Origin: a virus
Taxonomy: Duplodnaviria > Caudoviricetes
Strand: one strand, 5' to 3'
Length of the DNA stretch: 25,766 nt
IMG/VR virus record: IMGVR_UViG_3300031963_000841
Coordinates: 1-25,766 of that record
A program made the position numbers and the translations under genes. The notes under the pieces were generated by a model. It saw only the letters and a program-made list of their open reading frames with translations, was not told where the DNA came from and did not search any database. Each line of letters starts with the position of its first letter. Position 1 is the stretch's first letter. Shown in pieces: positions 17,312 to 24,819 of the stretch.

Positions 17312-17727
17312 TTAACAGCCGTAAGATTGAAGACCTGCTGCCAGTGGTTCGGGAGCGCGTCGAGAAGATGATTGCTGATTGTGAAGCAGAAGGTATAGAA
17401 CTGCTTGTCACTAGCACCTACCGAGATAACTTCAGCCAAGCAGCGCTGTACGCTCAAGGCAGAACCGCACCAGGGAGGATTGTCACGAATGCACGGGCTG
17501 GTCAGTCTTTTCATAATTACCGTTGTGCTGTGGATGTCGTTCCGTTACTACACGGAAAACCTGTTTGGGATTCCAAGAACTCAATCTGGCAAGACGTTGG
17601 CAGAATAGGTAAAGCAGCAGGATTAGAGTGGGCGGGTGATTGGCAGCGGTTTAAGGAATATCCGCACTTCCAGTACACAGGTGGCGTGACATTGGCGCAA
17701 CTACAGCGAGGAGCCAAAATTGTCTGA
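17308..17727 (+). CDS. Endolysin, peptidase M15 family (L-Ala-D-Glu peptidase-like)
   Basis: TYR...Q..LYAQGRT.PG.IVTNA..GQSFHNY..AVD...WAGDW..F.EYPHFQ, with Zn ligands H/D/H; GTG start overlapping the holin stop. Confidence 0.92.
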   Translation: MINSRKIEDLLPVVRERVEKMIADCEAEGIELLVTSTYRDNFSQAALYAQGRTAPGRIVTNARAGQSFHNYRCAVDVVPLLHGKPVWDSKNSIWQDVGRIGKAAGLEWAGDWQRFKEYPHFQYTGGVTLAQLQRGAKIV

Positions 17728-18121
17728 GAAAGAAGTTTTAGACCCTTCTGGCTTCCCTATTGAAATGGATAGGCCAGTGGTCTTTGAAGAAGATGACTTC
17801 GAGAATCCGCATACTGAACTTTCCATTACCGAATCAGCAGAGGATTTAGGATTGCCTGGTGGCGGTTTTTATAACGTGCCTAGCATCTATGGCGGTGTGA
17901 TCTACGATCCAAAGACACAGTTCGATATCATCAAGCAAAACGTCCAGAAGCAAGCGCAAACAGGATTCCGTTTCCCTAACTTTCCATCTATAGAGGAAGC
18001 AGAGAAAGCCGCGCAAGCCCGTAGCGCCTATTTCAATCAGATCAAAGCAGATATGCTGCGCCAAGCAGTAGAAAAACGTCGGCAAGAACTCTTACTTCAA
18101 ATGATGAAGATAGGACAATGA
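17720..18121 (+). CDS. Hypothetical protein
   Basis: TTG start after GAGGAG RBS; 133 aa; overlaps both neighbours. Confidence 0.65.
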   Translation: MSEKEVLDPSGFPIEMDRPVVFEEDDFENPHTELSITESAEDLGLPGGGFYNVPSIYGGVIYDPKTQFDIIKQNVQKQAQTGFRFPNFPSIEEAEKAAQARSAYFNQIKADMLRQAVEKRRQELLLQMMKIGQ

Positions 18122-18354
18122 TGTCTAAAACTAACGTAAAGCTATCGGTAGGTAGGGGTGAGAAGCTGTCAGTTAAGGCTGGCGGTGGACTGACTGCCAA
18201 AGGCAGAGCCAAGTACAACCGTGCGACCGGCAGCAACCTACAAGCCCCGACCAAAGATACCTCTAACCCACGTCACAAGTCTTTTTGCGCCCGTAGCCGC
18301 AACTGGACAGGTGATCGTGGCAAAGCAGCCAGAAAGCGTTGGGGTTGTCGTTGA
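18118..18354 (+). CDS. Small basic protein
   Basis: GGLTAKGRAKYNRATGSNL.AP...RHKSFCAR...ARKRWGC; very Lys/Arg-rich; AGGA RBS. Confidence 0.75.
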   Translation: MMSKTNVKLSVGRGEKLSVKAGGGLTAKGRAKYNRATGSNLQAPTKDTSNPRHKSFCARSRNWTGDRGKAARKRWGCR

Positions 18355-18863
18355 GCCATCCAGCACAAATTGAATTCGTTGCCAGCCTCAAGTCACAGTT
18401 CCCTGATTACTTTGTTCGTAAGAACGTCCTGGAAGTTGGCAGCCTAAACATCAATGGTTCAATACGTCCATTTTTTGAGCAATGTATCTATGTTGGCGTT
18501 GATCTTGGCGCAGGAACCGATGTTGATGTGGTGGCTAGAGGAGAAGACCTCACCTATGCTGATGGCAGTTTTGATGTTGTTGCTAGCTGTGAGTGCTTTG
18601 AGCATAATCCTGCTTGGCTGAAAACCTTTGCCAATATGATCAGGATGTCATCCGGCCTGGTCTTCTTTAGCTGCGCGACCACAGGCAGGGCAGAGCATGG
18701 CACACGCCGCACCAGTCCACATGATGCGCCATTCTGCGGTGACTACTACCGCAACCTAACCGAGCAAGACTTTCGAGAAGCGTTTGACCTGTCAGAATTC
18801 CGACAGTATGCTTTTACCACTAACGATCAGGCGCACGACCTTTACTTTTGGGGTGTCAAATGA
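18351..18863 (+). CDS. Class I SAM-dependent methyltransferase (type 11-like)
   Basis: VLEVGS motif I, YVGVD, FDVVASCECFEH; start placed at TTG 18351 (TTGA overlap with the upstream stop). Confidence 0.85.
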   Translation: MSHPAQIEFVASLKSQFPDYFVRKNVLEVGSLNINGSIRPFFEQCIYVGVDLGAGTDVDVVARGEDLTYADGSFDVVASCECFEHNPAWLKTFANMIRMSSGLVFFSCATTGRAEHGTRRTSPHDAPFCGDYYRNLTEQDFREAFDLSEFRQYAFTTNDQAHDLYFWGVK

Positions 18864-19015
18864 AAGACGGACTCTACGCAAACATCAATGCCAAGAGAGC
18901 AAGGATCAAAGCCGGTAGTGGTGAGAGGATGAGAGCGCCTGGTAGTAAGGGCGCTCCCACCGCAGCAGACTTTAAGAAGTCAGCAAAAACAGCCAAAAGA
19001 GAAACAAAAAGGTAA
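18860..19015 (+). CDS. Small basic protein, 51 aa (not in ORF track)
   Basis: Manual translation MKDGLYANINAKRARIKAGSGERMRAPGSKGAPTAADFKKSAKTAKRETKR; ATGA overlap; GGGG RBS. Confidence 0.8.
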   Translation: MKDGLYANINAKRARIKAGSGERMRAPGSKGAPTAADFKKSAKTAKRETKR

Positions 19016-19033
19016 GGATCGTTGCTCCGATCC
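19016..19033. terminator. Hairpin at the convergence of the two gene arms
   Basis: GGATCG-ttgctc-CGATCC; on the - strand it is followed by TTACCTTTTTG. A second imperfect hairpin lies at 19041-19062. Confidence 0.45.
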
Positions 19034-19063
19034 CGACCAGCATTCCTGCAACAAACAGGATGC

Positions 19064-19303
19064 TCACTCGGCTGCGCTACTAGGTAAGTAGCCCCTAATC
19101 TTTTCCAGACTCCAATCTGTCGCATCATGCACCGCCAGCAGATAAGTTGGCGTAAATGTCATCTTGCCATGCCGTAGTCTGCTTAATATGGATGGCGTGA
19201 TCTCCAAGAACTCTGACAGGTGGCGATCATTCTTTATCTTGAACTCGCGCCTGATAGCATCAAAGATGTCGTTAGGCTGATTGTCTGTTGTTTCTTCTGA
19301 CAT
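19064..19303 (-). CDS. XRE/CI-like helix-turn-helix protein
   Basis: IKNDRHLSEFLEITPSILSRLRHG HTH pattern; AAGGAG RBS. Confidence 0.8.
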   Translation of the reverse strand: MSEETTDNQPNDIFDAIRREFKIKNDRHLSEFLEITPSILSRLRHGKMTFTPTYLLAVHDATDWSLEKIRGYLPSSAAE

Positions 19304-19312
19304 GATCTCTCC

Positions 19313-20056
19313 TTATGGTGCTGGCGTCAGAGCGCCTTCAAATACATAGGTTCCAACGTGCGCTAGGTGCGCCCAGGGCGCTGCGTGAACTTGACCGCCA
19401 GCCTCCCGCCAGATACGGCAGAAGTGGTAATCCTCTGACAACAAGCGGTTTGTGCCTGGTTCAATGCTGGTAGCAAAGAACTCCTTGATATCATCAGCCT
19501 TGATGTTGCCAGCTAGGTCTGTGACATCGTTGGTGTAGGTTGGTACTTGGTCTGCCAGCTTCTCGAACACTTCCCGCTTGATGATCATGAAGCCTGTGCC
19601 GCCATTCCAAATCTCTACAGGTTCATTGACCGGCACTGTTACCTCGCCTGAGTAGCCCACCAGGTTGACCACAAAGCTACCTGTGTGCCACTTCAATTCA
19701 TCGGGTGACACGCCAGCGTCTACCGCTTTAGAAACGCCATGCCAGTTGATTTCTTTCTTAGGATAGATGCCACAGATAATGTCTTTGTCAGCGTCTAGCA
19801 TAGGGAATACATCACCAGGATTGAAGCGTATGTCAGCGTCAATGAAGAACAAGTGGGTGCAGTCAGTCTTTAGGAACTGGTGAACCAATGCGTTGCGTCC
19901 TCTGGTGATCAGGCTTTCGTTGAACATGAAGGACATCATGGTGGTGATCTCTTTGTCACGCATCATGTTGTTTAGTTGCAGCAAAGACTGAGCATAGAAG
20001 CCGAAACATTGACCGCCGTACATAGGTGTGCAAATGAACACTTTTGGTTTAGACAT
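19313..20056 (-). CDS. GT-A fold glycosyltransferase-like protein
   Basis: VFICTPMYGG, SLITRGRN, THLFFIDADI (DxD), GTGFMIIKREVFE, LSEDYHFC...LAHVG motifs. Confidence 0.8.
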   Translation of the reverse strand: MSKPKVFICTPMYGGQCFGFYAQSLLQLNNMMRDKEITTMMSFMFNESLITRGRNALVHQFLKTDCTHLFFIDADIRFNPGDVFPMLDADKDIICGIYPKKEINWHGVSKAVDAGVSPDELKWHTGSFVVNLVGYSGEVTVPVNEPVEIWNGGTGFMIIKREVFEKLADQVPTYTNDVTDLAGNIKADDIKEFFATSIEPGTNRLLSEDYHFCRIWREAGGQVHAAPWAHLAHVGTYVFEGALTPAP

Positions 20057-20504
20057 TTTTCCAGACCTTTCCGTTTCTGATGTTGTTTATTGTTTGGCGG
20101 CAAACACTAAATTCAATAGAAATTTCTGAGTCCGAAAGCCCTGTTGAAAACAAGTATTTGATGTCTTTAACATCTTCTTTGTTTAGTTTAGACATAGGGT
20201 TGCGCTCCCCTTTTGTGCTTCGCCCTTTCCTTGCCATATCCTCAAGATTTTGCTTTTGAGTTCCAAGAAATAAGTGGGCTGGATTGACGCAATACACATT
20301 GTCGCAGGCATGGCAAACGTGCATATCTTTTGGTATTTCTCCAATGAATGCTTCGTATGATGCGCGATGAGCGTAATGTTTACGGTTGTTACTAATGATT
20401 TGACCGTAACCCCTAACGGTTGTAGTTCCCATCCATACCCAACAACCACCTTCAGGTATGCGCTCTACCTTATTTTCTATTCTTTCTTTGGTAATTGGAT
20501 TCAT
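20049..20504 (-). CDS. HNH endonuclease (homing-type) with C-terminal HTH
   Basis: CWVWMG...GYG...AHRASY...VCHACDNVYCVNPAHLFLGTQKQN, then KLN...IK...SRQ-like HTH (VCRQTINNIRNGKVW). Confidence 0.92.
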   Translation of the reverse strand: MNPITKERIENKVERIPEGGCWVWMGTTTVRGYGQIISNNRKHYAHRASYEAFIGEIPKDMHVCHACDNVYCVNPAHLFLGTQKQNLEDMARKGRSTKGERNPMSKLNKEDVKDIKYLFSTGLSDSEISIEFSVCRQTINNIRNGKVWKNV

Positions 20505-20707
20505 ATTGTCATCCTATAAAACCACTTGTCATTACGCCGCTGACAGTCGATCTGATAACCGTTCTGCCGCAACTCCGAGATGATGCTATTAACTGCACAA
20601 ACACCTGCCCTCTGGATGATCTCCAGGGTAGTAAACTCACCACCGCCTGACAGCAGCTTAAACACACGCTGCAAGCGATCAGACCTAGTTAGGTTCGCTG
20701 CGTTCAT
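20501..20707 (-). CDS. Winged-HTH DNA-binding protein
   Basis: RVFKLL...TTLEI......NSIISELRQNGYQI...WFY pattern; GGAGG RBS. Confidence 0.65.
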   Translation of the reverse strand: MNAANLTRSDRLQRVFKLLSGGGEFTTLEIIQRAGVCAVNSIISELRQNGYQIDCQRRNDKWFYRMTI

Positions 20708-21024
20708 GAAATATCCTCCACTCTCAAAACGTATCTGCCTTTGACATTCTTGCGCCAGCCGTGAACTTCAACTCGAATACCGGCATCTCTGACCAGCGCA
20801 ATCGTGGGTGATTCTTGAATCTTCTTGATCCTCTCTGCGACACCTGTGCTCGTCACCTGAACGGCTAAGACTTCGTTCTTGCGAATAGCTAGGATGTCGC
20901 ACCATCCCCAAAGGTCTTGACGTATCTTTGACCAAGGATTCCACTTCTCTACTATCGCGCAGAAGTAGCCCTGTTCTCGCAGATACTCAAGACTGCGTTG
21001 GGTTGGCGTTTTAGAGGAAGCCAT
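20704..21024 (-). CDS. PD-(D/E)XK-like nuclease / putative Holliday junction resolvase
   Basis: YLREQGY...VEKW...DLWGWCDILAI...LAVQVT pattern; lies in the recombination module. Confidence 0.7.
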   Translation of the reverse strand: MASSKTPTQRSLEYLREQGYFCAIVEKWNPWSKIRQDLWGWCDILAIRKNEVLAVQVTSTGVAERIKKIQESPTIALVRDAGIRVEVHGWRKNVKGRYVLRVEDIS

Positions 21025-21326
21025 TAGAACGGTACTTCGTCATCCTTGAATGGGTCATACTCTCTAGGCTTCTTCAATGTTGCCGAGGGCGCTTCCATTG
21101 GTGGCTTGCGGTAATTAGGATCGGGTGTCCAGTTATCCTGCGCTAGGCTGATCAGTTCACCGATTCTGGTGGCTTTCTTCCAAGCAGCGATCTTGATTTG
21201 CTCACCCGCCTTAACATCTCGGTCTACAGTGATCACGCCCTTGTAGTCAGGCTGTGCTGATCCTGGCGCTTTCTTATCGTTCTGAAAGAGTACGCCCTTG
21301 CCTGGTTCTGATTGATGCTGTTTCAT
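21024..21326 (-). CDS. Putative ssDNA-binding protein (DUF736-like)
   Basis: GVLFQN.KK....PDYKG...IAAW...ISL core and SSB-type acidic tail DDEVPF; GGAGG RBS. Confidence 0.7.
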   Translation of the reverse strand: MKQHQSEPGKGVLFQNDKKAPGSAQPDYKGVITVDRDVKAGEQIKIAAWKKATRIGELISLAQDNWTPDPNYRKPPMEAPSATLKKPREYDPFKDDEVPF

Positions 21327-22132
21327 ACTTCCTCCAAGGTAGTGACTGCTGCCAAGACTTTGGTCTTTGCTGTCGGTGTCATGTTTTCAATAACGTGCTG
21401 GTTTGCCTTCTTGAAAGCTTTGAGTTTCTCTAGCTTCTGCTTGTCATCAAGCTTTCCTGCTTTTACCTTTGAAATCATTTGGTAGAAAATAGTCTCCCAA
21501 GCGTCTAAGTTCTCCGCCAAGTCGTATGGTTCCTCTTGACCTGGTATGTACAGAGGCAAAAAATCTTCACCTACGGTCTTAGCTGACTTAATCTCGTCAA
21601 CGATGTCTGCCGCACCCATGTCTTTGATCTCTGGCGTGACAACCTTTGCCGGTTTATCGTCAAAGTCTTGGACTTCTTCGACGCTATAGGTTCCAACCAC
21701 ACAGCCTGGATACACTGCTCTGATTCCTTCTGAGATGCAGCGCGATCTAAGCATTGCGCGAGGATACTTATGCCATCCCGAACTAGGCTTAACCAAACCA
21801 ATATGCTTTGCCTGATCGATAGTCCAAGTAACAGTAATAGACCCGCCACTAGGATGACTAAAAATTCCAGAAACTCGTTCATCTGTGTAGTCCTCCCATT
21901 GAACTTTTCCACCAGCGCCCTGAAACCTTGCCAGCATTGCGTCAGCTTTTAGTGCTGGTCTGCCCTGAATGATGTGATAGTCACGCGCAGCTATTGCAGG
22001 GTGCTGGCCTTCTGCTTGAGCGATCAGCATTAGCGCCATAGCTTCGTCTGAAGTCTTGACACCAAACAAACCTGACTTAGCCACAGCTAACGCCATGCGC
22101 TCTATGTCTTGAACTGGTACTAAGTTACTCAT
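21323..22132 (-). CDS. recT: RecT/Red-beta-like single-strand annealing protein
   Basis: HIIQGRPALKADAMLA...WTIDQAK..GL....W.KYPRAMLRSRCISEGIRAVYPG; lies downstream of the YqaJ exonuclease. Confidence 0.75.
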   Translation of the reverse strand: MSNLVPVQDIERMALAVAKSGLFGVKTSDEAMALMLIAQAEGQHPAIAARDYHIIQGRPALKADAMLARFQGAGGKVQWEDYTDERVSGIFSHPSGGSITVTWTIDQAKHIGLVKPSSGWHKYPRAMLRSRCISEGIRAVYPGCVVGTYSVEEVQDFDDKPAKVVTPEIKDMGAADIVDEIKSAKTVGEDFLPLYIPGQEEPYDLAENLDAWETIFYQMISKVKAGKLDDKQKLEKLKAFKKANQHVIENMTPTAKTKVLAAVTTLEEV

Positions 22133-22439
22133 TTCTCATCTCCTCAGTATCTCCGCCATAAGCATCAATAAACATTTCCATATCTACTTCTAAAATCTGC
22201 AACATGATTGTGAAAGATCGAGCAACATCGAAATCGCTTTCGGCAACCACGCCATCTAAAATTTTTTCTTTCCAGTCAGACAAATCAATATCGCCCCACA
22301 TGATCATCAGTCTTTTTAGACCAATCACGGCTTCTTGAAATTGTTTGATGGTTTTGTTGGCAAGTCGCTCGTTCATTTCCCTTGTTTGTTTTGCGTACTT
22401 TTCATGTAGTTCTTTACGCATTTTTTCTATGTCATCCAT
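22125..22439 (-). CDS. Hypothetical helical protein between exonuclease and RecT
   Basis: AAGGAG RBS; 104 aa; overlaps the RecT start. Confidence 0.65.
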   Translation of the reverse strand: MDDIEKMRKELHEKYAKQTREMNERLANKTIKQFQEAVIGLKRLMIMWGDIDLSDWKEKILDGVVAESDFDVARSFTIMLQILEVDMEMFIDAYGGDTEEMRNE

Positions 22440-22448
22440 CTCATCTCC

Positions 22449-23354
22449 TTATTTAAGTAGGAATCTGCGACTGCCTGGGGTTTCCACGACAAACTTCTCA
22501 TAGATGTCCGGCATGGCTTGCTGGAATAGCTTTGCGTCAAACTTGCTGGAACTTTTAGCGGTGCGCCAGGTTGCTAGGGTTCTGCCAGCCAAATCCGTCA
22601 GCGTAGACCTGTCTGTCATGTAGCCCCTGATAGCGACCTCAAGGGCTTCTGACTGATCCTCTAGTTCCTTGATCTTGGCCTTGTAAGCTTTCAGTGCTTC
22701 ACAGGCTTTCTCGACAGCGCCAGACGCGACGATGGTGGCTTCTGTTGACTCTGGATAGATCAGCTTGACTGACTCCAGGCTGTCAGGTTCTGGCGGGGTA
22801 TTGGTGGCTACCATGCCCCAAAGTTTTGCCATTTGCCTGATCAGGTCTTCTTTCTGTGCGTCAGTAATGGTGAAGTGATAGGTGCGGAATGCCTGACCGC
22901 CGAACAAGACCGCAAGGTATATTGACTCCACGTTATGTACGGCAGCTTCGTGTATGAGTTGCGCCATATCAGCAGCAGGAACCAGGTTTGTTTCTTCGTC
23001 GAACTTAGACATAACGCCAGCGTTGTAATTTTTGCATTCAACGAGTATGCGTCCATCTGCTGAGATGTAATCAAAGTGAGAGCGTAGCCACGGTTCATCT
23101 TTATGTGAAAGTGCATAGTCAGCGTCTTTCAATTCAATGCGGTGCTTATCCTGGAATAGTCTGGCAATGGTAGGCTCCATCACTTTGCCCATTTGCACGG
23201 CTTCAATACCAGACAGATCGGGTGCTTCCCGCTTGCCTAGCTTTTCTAGGATAACGTCAGCAGCTTTGCCATTAGCAGCTTTGCGGCTGTCACCAGACCA
23301 CCAGGCAGAGCGCCGAATCTCTGGCGCGAAATCATCTTGATTAGGACTTGTCAT
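22449..23354 (-). CDS. YqaJ-like viral recombinase exonuclease
   Basis: MGKVMEP, H...PWLRSHFD, VECKN, Q...AVLFGG motifs and C-terminal FD...P.IY..F.....SRRF. Confidence 0.9.
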   Translation of the reverse strand: MTSPNQDDFAPEIRRSAWWSGDSRKAANGKAADVILEKLGKREAPDLSGIEAVQMGKVMEPTIARLFQDKHRIELKDADYALSHKDEPWLRSHFDYISADGRILVECKNYNAGVMSKFDEETNLVPAADMAQLIHEAAVHNVESIYLAVLFGGQAFRTYHFTITDAQKEDLIRQMAKLWGMVATNTPPEPDSLESVKLIYPESTEATIVASGAVEKACEALKAYKAKIKELEDQSEALEVAIRGYMTDRSTLTDLAGRTLATWRTAKSSSKFDAKLFQQAMPDIYEKFVVETPGSRRFLLK

Positions 23355-23497
23355 TGAGTTTCCCCTTTTGTAACTTCTAAGTATTGACGGATAGCAATTT
23401 GAACCGCTTCCTCGAAAGAGATGTTTAACAGCATGGCGCGACAGGCAATGTCACAGGTTAGCGACCAGGGCAGTTGATTCACTTCACTTGTTGTCAT
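23351..23497 (-). CDS. Hypothetical protein, 48 aa
   Basis: Start MTTSEV at 23497 avoids a long overlap with the upstream gene; ATGA overlap with the exonuclease. Confidence 0.55.
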   Translation of the reverse strand: MTTSEVNQLPWSLTCDIACRAMLLNISFEEAVQIAIRQYLEVTKGETQ

Positions 23498-23765
23498 TTT
23501 TGTAGACCCATCCTTCCTTGTCATAAACCTTGACGGTTCCATTTCTGTACCGAACATGAATACGGTCATTGCTAACAACCCAACAACCGTAGATAGCGTC
23601 TTGCTTGGTAGTTTCTATGTAAGCAATCCAAGAGTTCTTAGAACAGAAGTCGGCAGTCTGGGTAGTCAGGACAATCTTGCCTCCAGCCTGGTTAGATGCT
23701 TCCCACCATTCTTCTGCAAAAGCAGGGTTTGCTAGAAAAACGCAGAAAAAGATTAGTTTCTTCAT
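23484..23765 (-). CDS. Small exported protein with signal peptide
   Basis: MKKLIFFCVFLANPAFA signal peptide (A-x-A); two Cys in the mature part; AAGGAG RBS. Confidence 0.75.
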   Translation of the reverse strand: MKKLIFFCVFLANPAFAEEWWEASNQAGGKIVLTTQTADFCSKNSWIAYIETTKQDAIYGCWVVSNDRIHVRYRNGTVKVYDKEGWVYKNDNK

Positions 23766-24205
23766 GTGTTCTTCTCCTTCAGCTTGGCTTCGATGGCGCG
23801 GGCATATTTCAATGTATCGAAATAGCAGTTTGTAACGTATTTTTCTGCCATTGCTTCGTATTCCTTATTTGTCAGCCCCTGCCAGTTGCGCTGTGGTGGG
23901 GTGTTTAGCCACTTCTCAGGGGCTTTGCGAAATACAGGGTCACGGCTTTCCGCTAACGCGAGCATGAGCTCCATGCCGTTGTACATGCCGTGGAAGTACG
24001 GTTCGTAATTCCATGTGCCATCACGCCCTTGCACCTCCAGCATCTCGCGCATCTTTGCAACCGGCTCCGGTTCAGGCTGCGCGAGTCGGGCGCGGAGGTT
24101 TTCTCTTGCTGCCAATATTTCCTGCCGGTCTTTTGCAAAATGCGTTGTCGCCACTTCAAACGCATCCAGCACCTGCTGCGCTTCCTCGCGGGTTAGTGTG
24201 ATCAT
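23762..24205 (-). CDS. Hypothetical modular phage protein
   Basis: N-terminal helix ending LAQPEPEPVA and C-terminal WQGLT..E...ARAIEAKLKEKN; ATGA overlaps. Confidence 0.7.
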   Translation of the reverse strand: MITLTREEAQQVLDAFEVATTHFAKDRQEILAARENLRARLAQPEPEPVAKMREMLEVQGRDGTWNYEPYFHGMYNGMELMLALAESRDPVFRKAPEKWLNTPPQRNWQGLTNKEYEAMAEKYVTNCYFDTLKYARAIEAKLKEKNT

Positions 24206-24420
24206 GGCGCACCCCTTTCGCGTATTAGTAAGGCGGCAGCCAGAGTGCCGTAGCCATCTACGCCAGCTTGTTCACAGACCTTCGCGCATTCCTCTCGCTC
24301 ATAAGCCGCAGCAAGTTCAGCAAACGCAGTAAGGCTTCTCCATTGGTTTTCAGTCGCGCCCCAATCTGGCGGCATGATTCCAGCTTCTGCCGCCCATTTA
24401 ACAATGTCATCTCTGGTCAT
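24202..24420 (-). CDS. Hypothetical phage protein
   Basis: MTRDDI...A.EAG...FA.L.AA.EREECAKVC...IRERG; AAGGGG RBS. Confidence 0.75.
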   Translation of the reverse strand: MTRDDIVKWAAEAGIMPPDWGATENQWRSLTAFAELAAAYEREECAKVCEQAGVDGYGTLAAALLIRERGAP

Positions 24421-24429
24421 AGCATCCCC

Positions 24430-24705
24430 TTAGAACGGACAGTCACGCATAGCTTCCTCGAACTCCTGGCGCTTCTTTTCGCGTTCAATAGACATTTCTT
24501 CATTCAGGACAAAGAAACGCGCAGACTGACCGCAGTCACCAAGCCGGTAGGACTGACGTTGAGCAAAGCAATAGGGGTAATCTTCCTTGCCAGTTACCAT
24601 GCTGACCTCGGTAACTTCTGGATTGATACAGCGGTCTTTCTGACCGTGTGGATTGCCGTAGAACGCGCAGTCTACGCACAACTTAATGTCTTTCAGGTAC
24701 GTCAT
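24430..24705 (-). CDS. Cys-rich putative Zn-binding protein
   Basis: CVDC...C...C...C spacing; AAGGGG RBS; first gene after the non-coding region. Confidence 0.7.
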   Translation of the reverse strand: MTYLKDIKLCVDCAFYGNPHGQKDRCINPEVTEVSMVTGKEDYPYCFAQRQSYRLGDCGQSARFFVLNEEMSIEREKKRQEFEEAMRDCPF

Positions 24706-24732
24706 AACTAATCCCCTTTAAGGTCTAATCGC

Positions 24733-24748
24733 TGTGCAAAATTGCACA
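24733..24748. promoter_or_regulatory. Palindromic operator-like site TGTGCAA-aa-TTGCACA
   Basis: Perfect 7-bp arms, about 30 bp upstream of the 24705 start. Confidence 0.55.
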
Positions 24749-24819
24749 ACCGGACATTACAGTAACACAAATAAATTTAACAATGAGTAATTTCTATCGT
24801 GTAACAACAATCAATAGCC

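Noticed and set aside
18874-19128. 84-aa minus-strand ORF
   Set aside because: Antisense shadow of the 18860-19015 basic protein; also overlaps the HTH gene.
24268-24711. 147-aa + strand ORF
   Set aside because: Antisense to two - strand genes with clear RBSs.
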